Origin: Nitrososphaerales archaeon
Lineage (GTDB): Archaea; Thermoproteota; Nitrososphaeria; Nitrososphaerales; JACAEJ01
Direction of reading: 5' to 3'
Assembly (NCBI GenBank): GCA_049699795.1
Contig: JBNAWJ010000021.1
Span: 1-54,735 of the forward strand
Length of the DNA: 54,735 nucleotides
This document shows positions 8,888 to 19,089 of this stretch, piece after piece (position 1 is the stretch's first letter; every line of letters starts with the position of its first letter). The translations under genes and the position numbers were made by a program. A model generated the notes under the pieces. It saw nothing but the letters and a program-made list of their open reading frames with translations. It was not told the DNA's origin and did not search any database.

Positions 8888-10897
8888 CTAACCCTTCGAC
8901 TCTTCTTCGCCTTTTAGCTTCTTCTTCATATCTTCTATCTCTTTTATTAGTTCATCAATGGTTATTCCCTCTGAAGTTACAGATTTCCTTCTTTCAAATC
9001 TTTTTTTGATTATATAGATACCACTTACTAAACCTATTGCTGACAAAGATATTATGATTAGCAACTGAACTTCTGGCTTTTGTAAGAATTCAACTATTAT
9101 TATGAACCAATCTTTAGGAGGTGGTAATGGAGGTGGCGGTTGCACCCATGTCACATTTTGAATTAAAAGATGAGGCTGAGCAATCGAATATACACTTTGG
9201 CTCTCTGTAGACTCAATTTTAACATCGTCTGGCAAGTCTGCTATATCCACATTGTAGAAAATTTCTGGTTTAGTATTGCTCTCTACTATTATGCGAAGAG
9301 GGCGATTTAACCAATCTATTAATAAGTTTTCACTAGAACTAGCATTAACTCTTTTCATAGACCATAGGTACAAGGTACTGCTTTCTGAGTCGTATTCCAG
9401 ACCGATCTGTTTTAATTCTGTCAAATTAAAAGCCCGCCACTCAGCAGGATAGTGCCAACCTTTTATGACTGGAGACACTAAAACTTCTACACGAGTTGGT
9501 TGAATCAGCTTTCCATCAGCCTTTATCTGAATAGATAATCCATTGACCATCTTTGAGTAATTTTCAGAATTCGTAATGTCTGCTCTCATTATCATCCAAG
9601 AATTTTCAGTGTATCCTTTCCAGATGTCAAATTGAATTTCTGAGTTTTGAGAATTTTCTGAGTTTTTGACCTCTAAGTCATAGGGCTTGTTTCTACCATA
9701 GTTGAGAGCGAGTATCGCATCCTCTAAGTCTTCCTTTTCACCCTTTAGATCCATTATGGGATCTTTCAATTCTTTTATACTTTGTTGTGTTGAAGAGGAG
9801 GCAGAAGCAAGACTGCCTGCTAGCTTGTAAAGACCTTGCTTGATTTGATCTAGAGATTTAATTGCAGAGCTTAACGCTCCTGATATTGGGGGATTCGTCT
9901 TGGATAACATTATGAGATATTGTTCTACGCCATCTATCGCATTTGCCATCTGCTTTAAAACGGAGCTTATGCCACTAAAGGCACCACTGAATCCAGATAT
10001 TGCATTCGTGAAATTCTCCATCATACCTATCATCGTATCAATATTATCTATAGCTCTTTTCAGTTGCATCTCAACAAGAGAGGTATCTGAAGGTATCTGA
10101 ATAGAAATTGGATCGATGACAACCTCTCCCCATGGTCCAACTTTCGATACTTTTGCTGAAATGGTGAAGTTGACTTGACATTCTTCAAGAAAAACATACC
10201 AAGTCATTACAGATTTGCCAGCTATAACAGAAGTAGAGTTGGTCTCTGGTTCTGTCTTCAAATTTGAGAAGTTATCTTCTGAAAAAGTTGCTGTAAATAT
10301 GGATGCAACTGGAGGCAATACATTACCTTTGTTCGTGTAAAGCTCTTGAGAAGTATTATTCAGCATGAACTGAAGGGTTATTGTATCTGAGACATTTGCA
10401 TTAATAATATATAGCTCTCCTAATTTTTTCATCTTTGCTGGCTCTCCGTTTATCAATATCTTCTCATCCACTTTTACTGGTATCTCTTTCAAACTATCGG
10501 CGAGATACTGGTACTTTATCATAACACTAGGTCCTATCGTTACACCCTTCCATATAATTTGAGTAAGGCTTCCAAAAGTTTTAACTTCATTAGGATTTGG
10601 AGTACCATAGAGCATGCTTAAAGTTGAGGCATTTATCGAGTCTATGCGGTCTATTATATCAACAGTGAAGCTTTGAGAGCTATTGTTATAGATTTCGAAC
10701 GAAGTGCTTATCACTTTTGATGTTAAATTGCCCAAAGGTGAATACTTTGCCTCTATCACCTCACTCTTTTTGACCAAGAGTTTAGGCTCTACGCTATTAT
10801 CATCTTGTGAAGAAGATGCTTGTGAAATTTGAATGGGAACTATAAATATCGTAGAAAATAAAATCATGAAGAGTAGGATTGATGTGATTCTTCTCAT
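8888..10897 (-). CDS. Large secreted, C-terminally membrane-anchored protein (unknown family), co-operonic with an ABC transporter
   Basis: 669 aa with an N-terminal signal/anchor, many N-x-S/T sites and a central Ser/Ala-rich coiled-coil-like segment. PPPPLPPP precedes a C-terminal TM helix and a basic tail. Its start overlaps the stop of the ABC ATPase gene. Confidence 0.6.
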   Translation of the reverse strand: MRRITSILLFMILFSTIFIVPIQISQASSSQDDNSVEPKLLVKKSEVIEAKYSPLGNLTSKVISTSFEIYNNSSQSFTVDIIDRIDSINASTLSMLYGTPNPNEVKTFGSLTQIIWKGVTIGPSVMIKYQYLADSLKEIPVKVDEKILINGEPAKMKKLGELYIINANVSDTITLQFMLNNTSQELYTNKGNVLPPVASIFTATFSEDNFSNLKTEPETNSTSVIAGKSVMTWYVFLEECQVNFTISAKVSKVGPWGEVVIDPISIQIPSDTSLVEMQLKRAIDNIDTMIGMMENFTNAISGFSGAFSGISSVLKQMANAIDGVEQYLIMLSKTNPPISGALSSAIKSLDQIKQGLYKLAGSLASASSSTQQSIKELKDPIMDLKGEKEDLEDAILALNYGRNKPYDLEVKNSENSQNSEIQFDIWKGYTENSWMIMRADITNSENYSKMVNGLSIQIKADGKLIQPTRVEVLVSPVIKGWHYPAEWRAFNLTELKQIGLEYDSESSTLYLWSMKRVNASSSENLLIDWLNRPLRIIVESNTKPEIFYNVDIADLPDDVKIESTESQSVYSIAQPHLLIQNVTWVQPPPPLPPPKDWFIIIVEFLQKPEVQLLIIISLSAIGLVSGIYIIKKRFERRKSVTSEGITIDELIKEIEDMKKKLKGEEESKG

Positions 10898-11802
10898 TTC
10901 GATCTTCTCTCTATATATTCTTCTTGTATTGCTTTTTTCAGTCTTTCTAACCGCTTCTCATATCCTAACTTTGCTTGAATATAGGATTCTTTATTTAATT
11001 TCATCTTTTTAGCTTCAAGGTTTTTTATCGAGACTTCTAACCATTTGAGTTCAGATAAGAGCATCTGCCGACGCTCATCTGCCAAGATATTGGAAGAAGG
11101 ATTTATGGTCAGTTTTGGTGGTTCTGGAATTATTTGCCCATCGAGCATGTATAGGATTCTTTCTGATATTTGAGCTATATCAGGGTCATGAGTGACTATT
11201 ATGAAAGTTTGTCCTAAGGTCTCATTCAAGCTTTTTATGAGGCGTATTATCTTCCAGCCTGTCTCTCTATCAACGTTTCCAGTAGGCTCGTCTGCTAGGA
11301 TTATCGAAGGCTCGTTGGCTAGAGCGCGAGCTATTGCTACTCTCTGTTGCTCCCCCCCGCTCATTTGAGTGGGTCTATGGTGCAATCTATGCTCAAGCCC
11401 AACTAAACGAAGAAGTTCTATAGCTCTCTCTTTTATTTCAGAATTAGAGAACCTTCCTGTAAATATCATTGGAATCTGAACATTTTCCAAAGCTGTTAAC
11501 AATGGCACTAAATTGAAAAATTGAAAGATAAAACCAATCTTCTCACGTCTTATGCGGGCTAGCTCTCCCTCACTCATGTGGGTAATATCGATTCCATCTA
11601 TGATGACTTGACCATCTGTTGGGCTGTCGAGTCCACCAATGATATTCAGGAGGGTTGTCTTGCCACAGCCAGATGGACCCATAATAGATACAAACTTTCC
11701 TCTTTTTATGGTTAAATTGATGCTACGAAGGGCATCCACTTTTATGTTGTCGCCAAGATTATACGTTTTGACCACGTTTCGAAGTTCGACCACATTACTC
11801 AT
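10894..11802 (-). CDS. ABC transporter ATP-binding protein (MacB/LolD-like) with a ~70-aa C-terminal coiled-coil extension
   Basis: Walker [10 protein letters not shown], signature MSGGEQQR and Walker B ILADEP are present. A Lys/Glu-rich tail follows residue ~230. Confidence 0.85.
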   Translation of the reverse strand: MSNVVELRNVVKTYNLGDNIKVDALRSINLTIKRGKFVSIMGPSGCGKTTLLNIIGGLDSPTDGQVIIDGIDITHMSEGELARIRREKIGFIFQFFNLVPLLTALENVQIPMIFTGRFSNSEIKERAIELLRLVGLEHRLHHRPTQMSGGEQQRVAIARALANEPSIILADEPTGNVDRETGWKIIRLIKSLNETLGQTFIIVTHDPDIAQISERILYMLDGQIIPEPPKLTINPSSNILADERRQMLLSELKWLEVSIKNLEAKKMKLNKESYIQAKLGYEKRLERLKKAIQEEYIERRSK

Positions 11803-12952
11803 ATCTTAAAGCCTCCACAGGTCTTACGTTCGCTGCTTTCCAAGATGGGTAAAAGCCTGCAATACTTCCAACAGCTAATGCTGCCATCAATCCTAATGCT
11901 AGTATTTGCGGAGAGATGAGCAAAGGAACTATTATGTTAAGTCCGAGAGTCTTTACAAACCATTGTATGAGATAGACACCACCAAGCCCGAATATACAGC
12001 CAAAAACGCCCCCAATGAGGCTGATAAGCAAAGCTTCTGAGAGAAAGATGATAAGAACATGCCATCTCTCACCCCCAACAGCCTTCAGCATCCCTATCTC
12101 TCTCCTTCTCTCATGAACAGACATCATGATCGTATTCATGATTCCTAAAGCACCTACCATTAGACTTATTGAGGCTAAGCCAAGGAGGACTCCATCTACA
12201 GTACTCATGATCCGGTTTATTTTGCTCATTATCTCCTCTTGACTTAATATGTTGGCATCAGGAAACATCTGCTTAAGAATAGCTTCAACTTGCTCTCCTT
12301 GATTAGGATCGTCAAGTCTTATTAGAATTGAAGAGACACGGTCTGGTGTATTAAAGAAATCTTGAGCAGCATCGAGGGTTATAAAACAACCTATGCTTAC
12401 AAACGGTCCAAAACCAGCCATAGGACGTATAATCCCAATAACTTTGAAGGTTTTCCCAACTGCTCCTGCTTGAGTGCCAAAGGTTACTGTATCATTGACT
12501 TTTACACCTAGATCTGATGCGATTGTGGTATCTAGGACTACTGCATCATCATCTCCTTGTCTTAACCCTCTTCCATCCTCAAGGGTTACCTGATATACTT
12601 CACTTGCCTGTACTGGGTCGATGCCTACTACCGTGTATGGTTTATTGCTTATGTAAACCATCGACATTACTATAGGTATGGATTTATTTACTCCTGGCAC
12701 TTGTGATACATAAGATTGAACGTGCTCAGGTATATCTATGCCGTAAGTGCCACTGTTTATGATAATACCTGCTCCAAGCATCTCATTCAGCGTAGTTTCA
12801 ACTTGAGATCGCATCCCAATACCCAAAGTCATCAAGGAAACAACAGCAGAGATGCCTATGATGATTCCTAGTATTGTGAGGGCTGATCTGAACTTCCTAC
12901 GAGTGATGCTTCGCCTAGCCATAGTGAAGGCGAATCTGGCTGTCCTAAACAT
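11795..12952 (-). CDS. ABC transporter permease, FtsX/MacB family
   Basis: 385 aa. One N-terminal TM helix, a large extracytoplasmic domain, then three C-terminal TM helices with the ...HERRREIGMLKAVG motif. Confidence 0.8.
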   Translation of the reverse strand: MFRTARFAFTMARRSITRRKFRSALTILGIIIGISAVVSLMTLGIGMRSQVETTLNEMLGAGIIINSGTYGIDIPEHVQSYVSQVPGVNKSIPIVMSMVYISNKPYTVVGIDPVQASEVYQVTLEDGRGLRQGDDDAVVLDTTIASDLGVKVNDTVTFGTQAGAVGKTFKVIGIIRPMAGFGPFVSIGCFITLDAAQDFFNTPDRVSSILIRLDDPNQGEQVEAILKQMFPDANILSQEEIMSKINRIMSTVDGVLLGLASISLMVGALGIMNTIMMSVHERRREIGMLKAVGGERWHVLIIFLSEALLISLIGGVFGCIFGLGGVYLIQWFVKTLGLNIIVPLLISPQILALGLMAALAVGSIAGFYPSWKAANVRPVEALRYE

Positions 12953-13037
12953 TTTCTTACCTTTTAATATGTTGCTCCCCTATATATAGCAAACTTATAT
13001 AAATATCGATTTACTATTTTGGCAAGGCACTGGGAAA

Positions 13038-13601
13038 ATGATCCTCGAGTCAGAAGAAATAGCATCTCTCTGGAGTAGGCAGATGCAGAAAGGTTACCTG
13101 AAACTTGCAGCATTATTTGCGTTGACGAGAGGACCATTACATGGATATAAGATGATGAAGCTTATAAAAGAGTTAACATTGGGTGTGATAACGCCCACAA
13201 CAGGAGGGCTTTATCCTGCCCTTAAAGAACTGGAGGAGGAAGGGATAATAAAAGGGGAGTGGAGGGCTGAGGAGAGGAAGAAGGTTTACGAGATAACGGA
13301 TAAAGGTAAAGATGTGTTTAAAAAAGCAGTGGAAAAACATTTTGAGTTAGTTTCATTTACTAGAAACTGGATATCGAAGGAGCTTGCAGAACTGAAGATT
13401 ATAGAAGGAGTGGATCAACCTTTGGGAGTGATGCCAGCCATTAGAGTTCTACTTTTGAATGAAGAAGCATCAATCAAAGAGAAGATAGAAGCATTAGAGA
13501 AGCTCAAGGCAGAGTTTCAGCGATTGGCGATTTTATTTAACGAAATGACAAGCCATATAGATGATAGGATAAAAGCGTTAAAATCTGATGAGCAAAAATA
13601 A
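13038..13601 (+). CDS. PadR-family transcriptional regulator with a C-terminal coiled-coil extension
   Basis: ...LHGYKMMKLIKE...GGLYPALKELEEEGIIKGEW...KKVYEITDKG is the PadR wHTH signature. It is divergent from the ABC operon. Confidence 0.75.
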   Translation: MILESEEIASLWSRQMQKGYLKLAALFALTRGPLHGYKMMKLIKELTLGVITPTTGGLYPALKELEEEGIIKGEWRAEERKKVYEITDKGKDVFKKAVEKHFELVSFTRNWISKELAELKIIEGVDQPLGVMPAIRVLLLNEEASIKEKIEALEKLKAEFQRLAILFNEMTSHIDDRIKALKSDEQK

Positions 13602-13606
13602 CCTTA

Positions 13607-14161
13607 TTAAGTCATATCACAATTTTTAATCAATTTCTTTATTCTCATCATATCTTCATAGATTTTAGATTTCAAACTTGCATTATAAAGAACTGCTGCG
13701 GGATGATAAGTGCAGAAGTAAGTTTGATAATCTCTTTCTATAGCCTTGCCTCTCAACTTGCTTATGGATGCTTTCTTGAAAAAGGTTTGTAAGGCTATGT
13801 TTCCCAATAGGCATATCACTTTCGGCTTTATCACGTCTATCTGACTTTTCAAGTAAGGATTACAAGTTTTTATTTCTTGTAAAGTTGGTATGCGATTACT
13901 AGGAGGTCTGCACTTAACTACGCTCGTTATGAACAAATCCTTTCTGTCAAGGTTTGCAAATCTTAAAGCATTATCAAGAATCTTCCCAGCCCTACCTACA
14001 AAGGGTCTTCCTTGCTTATCCTCTTCTACTCCTGGCGCTTCTCCTATCAGCATCAATTTAGCCTTGCTTGAACCTTCGCCTGGAACAGTATTTTTTCTAC
14101 TCTTATGTAAAGGGCAGAGCTTACATGTTTTGATTTCTTCAGCTATCTCATTAAGTGACAA
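13607..14161 (-). CDS. udg: Uracil-DNA glycosylase, family 4 (Fe-S type)
   Basis: CKLCPL near the N-terminus. [24 protein letters not shown] and HPAAVLYN motifs are present. Confidence 0.85.
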   Translation of the reverse strand: MSLNEIAEEIKTCKLCPLHKSRKNTVPGEGSSKAKLMLIGEAPGVEEDKQGRPFVGRAGKILDNALRFANLDRKDLFITSVVKCRPPSNRIPTLQEIKTCNPYLKSQIDVIKPKVICLLGNIALQTFFKKASISKLRGKAIERDYQTYFCTYHPAAVLYNASLKSKIYEDMMRIKKLIKNCDMT

Positions 14162-14200
14162 GTTCTATCTCTTCTTAATAAGATAATTTTGTTGTAAATT

Positions 14201-15865
14201 TTATCTACTTAATATGCAACCTAGGTCTGCCGACTTTACCATTTGAGAGTATCTCAAAAGATAGCCAGATTTGACTTTAGGCTCAGGCTGCTTCCAACGC
14301 TTTAAGCGATCATTTATTTCTTCCTTTGATAGTTTTACTTCTAAAAGGCGTTTTGGTATATCTATCTCTATAATATCGCCATTCTTTAAAACTGCTATAG
14401 GCCCTCCTTCAAAAGCCTCAGGAGATACATGCCCTATACACGGTCCTCTAGTGCCACCAGAGAATCTGCCATCAGTTATCAATGCAACTGAATCGCTCAA
14501 ACCCATACCTACTATGGCTGATGTAGGAGAAAGCATCTCCCTCATGCCCGGTCCACCTTTGGGTCCTTCATAACGAATGACTATCACTTTACCCTCTATT
14601 TTTTCATTAAAGATGGTCTTTATGCAACTCTCTTCAGAGTCAAAAACCATTGCTGGTCCCTTGAAGTGTAAGTTTTCTTTCGATACGGCCGCAGTCTTTA
14701 TCACAGCACCTTTGGGAGCAAGATTTCCTCTCAAAATTGCTATCCCTCCCTCTTTGTGAATAGGCTTACTTGTGGGTCGAATCACTTTATCGTCTAAAAC
14801 CTTTGCATTCTCTATATTCTCGCCGATACTCTTCCCAGTAACAGTAATGGCATCAAGATGTAAGAATTCATGTATATTTTTCATCACAGCAGGAATTCCA
14901 CCAGCTCTATTAAGGTCTTCTAACATGTAAGAACCACTGGGATAAACGTCACATATATGAGGAATTCTCCTACTTATTTCGTCAAAGGTTGATAAATTCA
15001 AGTCTATCCCAGCTTCTTTGGCTATGGCTGTCAGATGCAAAACAGTATTCGTCGATCCCCCTAGAGCCATATCTACGGCAATAGCGTTATCAAAGGCGTC
15101 TTTCGTCATTATTTTTGATGGTTTAAGATCATCGTAGATCATGTCAACGATCCTCTCCCCAGAGTTCTTGGCAATTCTGATTTTTGATGAATCTATAGCA
15201 AGTGAAGTGGCGCAATATGGTAAGGACATGCCCATAGCTTCAGTTATGCAAGCCATGGTATTGGCTGTAAACAGACCACTACAAGAGCCACAAGAAGGGC
15301 AGGCTACATCCTCCAGCTCCTTAAGCTCGTTTTCATCCATTTTCCCAGCTTTTACATTACCAATAGCTTCAAAGATGTTGATTAGACCGACCTTTTTACC
15401 TTTGTAAAAGCCTGCAAGCATAGGTCCTCCAGTAACGAAGATAGAAGGAATGTCAAGTCTAGCAGCAGCCATCAGCATCCCTGGTGTTATCTTGTCACAG
15501 TTCGTTATCATCACCATGCCATCGAATCTATGGGCTTGAATCATAAGCTCTATAGAATCAGCTATCACTTCTCTGGAAGGAAGGGAGTACTTCATACCCT
15601 CATGACCCATAGTTAATCCATCACAAATAGCAATGGTGTTGAACTCAAATGGTACGCCTCCTGCCATTTGAACACCAGATTTGACAGCATCGGCTATCAT
15701 GTTCAAGTGAACATGTCCTGGCACTATGGATGTGTAGCTATTGACTACTGCTACAAAGGGTTTTTTCAGATCTTCATCGGTAACCCCTAATGCCTTTAGG
15801 AGAGATCTGTGAGGGGCTCTCTCTATTCCATATTTTATAGCATCACTTCTCATTTTTCTTGGCAT
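14201..15865 (-). CDS. ilvD: Dihydroxy-acid dehydratase
   Basis: 554 aa. Characteristic IlvD blocks are present, including ...[13 protein letters not shown]..., [26 protein letters not shown] and [12 protein letters not shown]. Confidence 0.92.
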   Translation of the reverse strand: MPRKMRSDAIKYGIERAPHRSLLKALGVTDEDLKKPFVAVVNSYTSIVPGHVHLNMIADAVKSGVQMAGGVPFEFNTIAICDGLTMGHEGMKYSLPSREVIADSIELMIQAHRFDGMVMITNCDKITPGMLMAAARLDIPSIFVTGGPMLAGFYKGKKVGLINIFEAIGNVKAGKMDENELKELEDVACPSCGSCSGLFTANTMACITEAMGMSLPYCATSLAIDSSKIRIAKNSGERIVDMIYDDLKPSKIMTKDAFDNAIAVDMALGGSTNTVLHLTAIAKEAGIDLNLSTFDEISRRIPHICDVYPSGSYMLEDLNRAGGIPAVMKNIHEFLHLDAITVTGKSIGENIENAKVLDDKVIRPTSKPIHKEGGIAILRGNLAPKGAVIKTAAVSKENLHFKGPAMVFDSEESCIKTIFNEKIEGKVIVIRYEGPKGGPGMREMLSPTSAIVGMGLSDSVALITDGRFSGGTRGPCIGHVSPEAFEGGPIAVLKNGDIIEIDIPKRLLEVKLSKEEINDRLKRWKQPEPKVKSGYLLRYSQMVKSADLGCILSR

Positions 15866-15906
15866 ATTAATGATGATATTAATTAAAGAACTTATATAAA
15901 TGTGGG

Positions 15907-17337
15907 TTAAGTGCTATTGTTCTCTATTTTCTTTATGCGCTTCTTTTGGATAAAATACATTATTATTCCTACCAAGAACCATAAGCTCCCTAGCAACCTT
16001 CCTACTTCATGAGTGCCTACTACTATTAGCCATACAAAGAGACAAGAGATAAATCCAAAGAATGGGAGTATAGGGAGTAAATACTTCTTCTCTCCTCTTC
16101 TTATAGTGATGTTCAAAGGAACTTTCCACGCCCTTTCAGAATTATCTTTAAACCTTAGTGCTATTGTTGATAAATTAACATACATATATGAAATTAAGGC
16201 TCCAAAGTTGTATAGAGATGCAATTAATGATAAAAGATGAATACCTTCAAGACCAGTATTTATGAGTATAAGAAGGCATGCTATGAGTGAGAAAAGCGTT
16301 ATGGTTATGTATGGAGTATAATATTTGCTATGTATCCTTGCAAAGCTTTTTGGGAAGAGTCTTAACCTTCCCATGGAAAAAGTCACCCTTGAGACGCCTA
16401 TTACTCCTGTATTTGTTGATACATAGCAAATTGCAAAGCCCATAAATCCGACCCATATAGCTAACAATCCTCCTATGAAAGGAAGAGTTTTTGCTAGAGT
16501 AGTAAGGGGGCTCTGAGAAGCTTCTCCAATTATGGATGGAGGTAATAATGTCACTGAAAGTAACGAGACCGAAACCGTGGCGACTACTATAGAAACTATG
16601 GTCCACTTTGTCGCTTTAGGTATAATCTTTGTCGGGTTCTTTGTCTCCTCGGCAGCTTGAGAAATCGATTCTATACCTATATAAGAGACCATGGCTAGAG
16701 AAGTAGCATACATAAAGCTATCCCAACTCGGGCTAGTGCCTATCTTACCCAGATCCGCGATCCATCTTTCAACCCCACCATTGGCTATGACCGTTGGGAG
16801 ACCGAATATTAGAAACAGTGCAACAGTTGCCAAGTCAAGAGTTACAAAAATTACGTTAAAGCGTGAAGACCATTTGATACCGATTATATTCAATATTATC
16901 AGCCCTAGGATAAGTATTATCGCCATAAAGCCATAGTAAGGGGACTGAAGAAGTACGTTTGTACCAAAAAGGATCTGAACTAAATAGCTAAGATAGCCCA
17001 CAGACGCCAAAGAAAAGAGGGCTATATCTATAGTGTAATCGAGCATAAGCCCCCAGCCTGCCAAGAATCCATGGAAATTGCCAAAAGCCTTCATCGAGAA
17101 AAATTGAGCGCCCCCAGCTACAGGATATGTAGATGCTAATTCAGCGTAACATAAGCCAGTTATTATGTATGTTATTGATGCTAAAAGGAAGGCTAATGGA
17201 GCAGCACTGCCAGCATAGAAGGCTATTAATCCTATCGCTATGTATATATCAGCACCTATGTCTGCGTAGCCCATGCTGAAGGCAGAGTAGGTTCCTATTA
17301 CCCTTTTCAGAGCGACCCTACTGTCATCTTTACTCAA
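15907..17337 (-). CDS. APC-superfamily amino acid transporter
   Basis: 476-aa polytopic membrane protein of the same architecture class as 2397-3662. It lies directly upstream of ilvD on the same strand. Confidence 0.75.
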   Translation of the reverse strand: MSKDDSRVALKRVIGTYSAFSMGYADIGADIYIAIGLIAFYAGSAAPLAFLLASITYIITGLCYAELASTYPVAGGAQFFSMKAFGNFHGFLAGWGLMLDYTIDIALFSLASVGYLSYLVQILFGTNVLLQSPYYGFMAIILILGLIILNIIGIKWSSRFNVIFVTLDLATVALFLIFGLPTVIANGGVERWIADLGKIGTSPSWDSFMYATSLAMVSYIGIESISQAAEETKNPTKIIPKATKWTIVSIVVATVSVSLLSVTLLPPSIIGEASQSPLTTLAKTLPFIGGLLAIWVGFMGFAICYVSTNTGVIGVSRVTFSMGRLRLFPKSFARIHSKYYTPYITITLFSLIACLLILINTGLEGIHLLSLIASLYNFGALISYMYVNLSTIALRFKDNSERAWKVPLNITIRRGEKKYLLPILPFFGFISCLFVWLIVVGTHEVGRLLGSLWFLVGIIMYFIQKKRIKKIENNST

Positions 17338-17426
17338 ACTATCACCATTTTAAAAGGGTAAATAATAAACGATTGGAAACACTGTTATAGACAACAGCCT
17401 CCTTCTAACGGGGCTCTAAAATCTAG

Positions 17427-18350
17427 CTATAAAGCGATTCTTTTTGCTGGGAAGACCACTAATGTAATGCATGGGGCTCTTCTAATGATAGCATACTCGT
17501 CTTTTGTCATTATAGGACCAAGCCTACTAGGTTTATTGCTCTCCATGATGATCATGTCCGCCTTAGTTTCTTTCGCATAGTTTGCTACATCAACACCTAC
17601 ATCCCTAACAGCTAAGAGCTTTGGGCTGAAGAGCCTACCTAAAGAGCCTATAGCAACAGCTATCTTTTGAGAAAAAGTAGCCTCTACTTTATGAAAGAAC
17701 TTTGTTGATTCTATGGCATCCATCGATGTTGTTAAAGGTATATTCACTACTCTTGCAACTAACAACTCATAATCAGGTATAGAGGCAGAACTTGTTAAAG
17801 CAGCTGCAATGATGAGAGGGGCTGGAGTGAATCCGTCTTTTAAGATCGGGATCACTATCTCCTTTATCTGTCTTGGAATGCTCATGCCTGTTCTTGGTGT
17901 TTCCACAAGTACTACATCACATTCTGCCTTTCTAGCAACGCGATCAGAGATTCTTCCAAAAAACTCTCTAAAAAAGCCTTCTTTATATGCTGACATGACT
18001 ACAGCTTGGCACCTATACTCTTTTGCTGCAAAAGCTATTTCGTCTGAAATCTTTGCAATATCCTTTGAAGAGACCAAAGTTTGTGTCTCCTTAATTTCGT
18101 AATTTACGTTAAAGCAAGTTGCAAATTCGTCGACGCTTTTCAAAGTTTTTTCTCTTACAGATTTATCACTCACCTCAGTTTTTACGTGAAAGACAATGAC
18201 CTTCGAGCCTGAATACTCTGCTAAATAGAAGGCTGTATTGATAGAGTTCCACTCACGGTGCTCATAGGCAAGAGGGAGAAGGATAGGCGAGTTGCCCCAA
18301 CTCCATTCAATCTTGTCTTTCAACTTTGCAGGCTTGCTCATTCTCATCAT
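17427..18350 (-). CDS. Tandem universal stress protein (UspA-like) domains
   Basis: 307 aa with two USP-like halves, each ending in a ...V(V/I)M..(S/N).. then C.V(L/T)VV pattern. Confidence 0.6.
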   Translation of the reverse strand: MMRMSKPAKLKDKIEWSWGNSPILLPLAYEHREWNSINTAFYLAEYSGSKVIVFHVKTEVSDKSVREKTLKSVDEFATCFNVNYEIKETQTLVSSKDIAKISDEIAFAAKEYRCQAVVMSAYKEGFFREFFGRISDRVARKAECDVVLVETPRTGMSIPRQIKEIVIPILKDGFTPAPLIIAAALTSSASIPDYELLVARVVNIPLTTSMDAIESTKFFHKVEATFSQKIAVAIGSLGRLFSPKLLAVRDVGVDVANYAKETKADMIIMESNKPSRLGPIMTKDEYAIIRRAPCITLVVFPAKRIAL

Positions 18351-18431
18351 TGAGATTTGATAATATTAAACTCCATATATGCTTTCCTTCTTTCGCTGAA
18401 AGATATATAAAAAGAGTCAAATTACCAAAGG

Positions 18432-18593
18432 ATGATGGAATCCTTCGTCAAATACCCAAAAGATATTCCTTGGCAAAGGATGGAAGAAATAGTCTCTTGT
18501 GATCTTTGTAAAAGGAGCATTAGAAGACTTGACGGGATCTACATAGGTGCAGGCTTATATTTGTGTAGGAAATGCTACGACGAATGGAGATAG
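18432..18593 (+). CDS. Small zinc-ribbon protein, 53 aa (below the ORF-track cutoff)
   Basis: MMESFVKYPKDIPWQRMEEIVSCDLCKRSIRRLDGIYIGAGLYLCRKCYDEWR* has CxxC...CxxC. A TATA-like ATATATAAAAA lies ~25 nt upstream of the ATG. Confidence 0.4.
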   Translation: MMESFVKYPKDIPWQRMEEIVSCDLCKRSIRRLDGIYIGAGLYLCRKCYDEWR

Positions 18594-18703
18594 CATAAGG
18601 TACATCCAACAGAAAACTATCACTTTTGTAATTAAAACTTCAAAAGTCGTAACCCGTGCTCTATTTACGTCAATTGCCCTAGATATTTGCGCTTAGGCGG
18701 ATT

Positions 18704-18813
18704 GGGGTTGTCAAGATAAGGCGGATAAAAATAGACAAAAATTACTAATGAATCTTTGAGATAGAATTTGGTCTATTTTTGTCTAAGCTTAAACTCGTTA
18801 TTTTGACAATCCC
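18704..18813 (+). mobile_element. 110-bp MITE-like element, copy 1
   Basis: Its reverse complement is identical at 110/110 positions to 52654-52763 (checked base by base). Imperfect TIRs are GGGGTTGTCAAGATAA and TTATTTTGACAATCCC. Confidence 0.8.
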
Positions 18814-18820
18814 GGCGGAC

Positions 18821-18890
18821 GATACTGTCAAGTTAAGCGCTAACTCATATAAAGAAAGTATGTAGCTTACTGTCTTAACTTGACATTATC
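18821..18890. mobile_element. 70-bp MITE-like element with 17-bp TIRs, related to the neighbouring 110-bp element
   Basis: TIRs are GATACTGTCAAGTTAAG and CTTAACTTGACATTATC, matching 16/17. CGGCGGAC directly flanks both ends (18813-18820 and 18891-18898). It shares the TGTCAAG.TAAG core with the 110-bp element's TIR. Confidence 0.65.
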
Positions 18891-18906
18891 CGGCGGACTC
18901 ACCAAT

Positions 18907-19047
18907 ATGTTTATTAATTGCAATCTACCCTCTACCACAAGACGATCTATGGAGGACGTTGAGATCGATTACAAATACCAACGAAGTGTTCTTAGTCTAG
19001 AGGTTTTACTGAAAGTAGTTCTTTTGTCCTCCGTTGTCTTGCAATGA
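18907..19047 (+). promoter_or_regulatory. Candidate Val/Leu-rich leader ORF upstream of ilvB (46 codons, or 32 from the internal ATG at 18949)
   Basis: MFINCNLPSTTRRSMEDVEIDYKYQRSVLSLEVLLKVVLLSSVVLQ*. The last 19 codons hold 6 Val and 7 Leu. It contains GTCCTCC (19026-19032), complementary to GGAGGAC (18951-18957) and to the ilvB SD GGAGGAT (19083-19089). Confidence 0.4.
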
Positions 19048-19048
19048 G

Positions 19049-19081
19049 CCTACTTGCGCTCCTTGCTTGTAGGTCTCTTTT
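19049..19081 (+). terminator. Weak hairpin followed by a T-rich run between the leader ORF stop and the ilvB SD
   Basis: CCTAC (19049-19053) pairs with GTAGG (19069-19073), with an inner GC/GC pairing, followed by TCTTTT (19076-19081). The stem is short, so function is uncertain. Confidence 0.3.
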
Positions 19082-19089
19082 AGGAGGAT

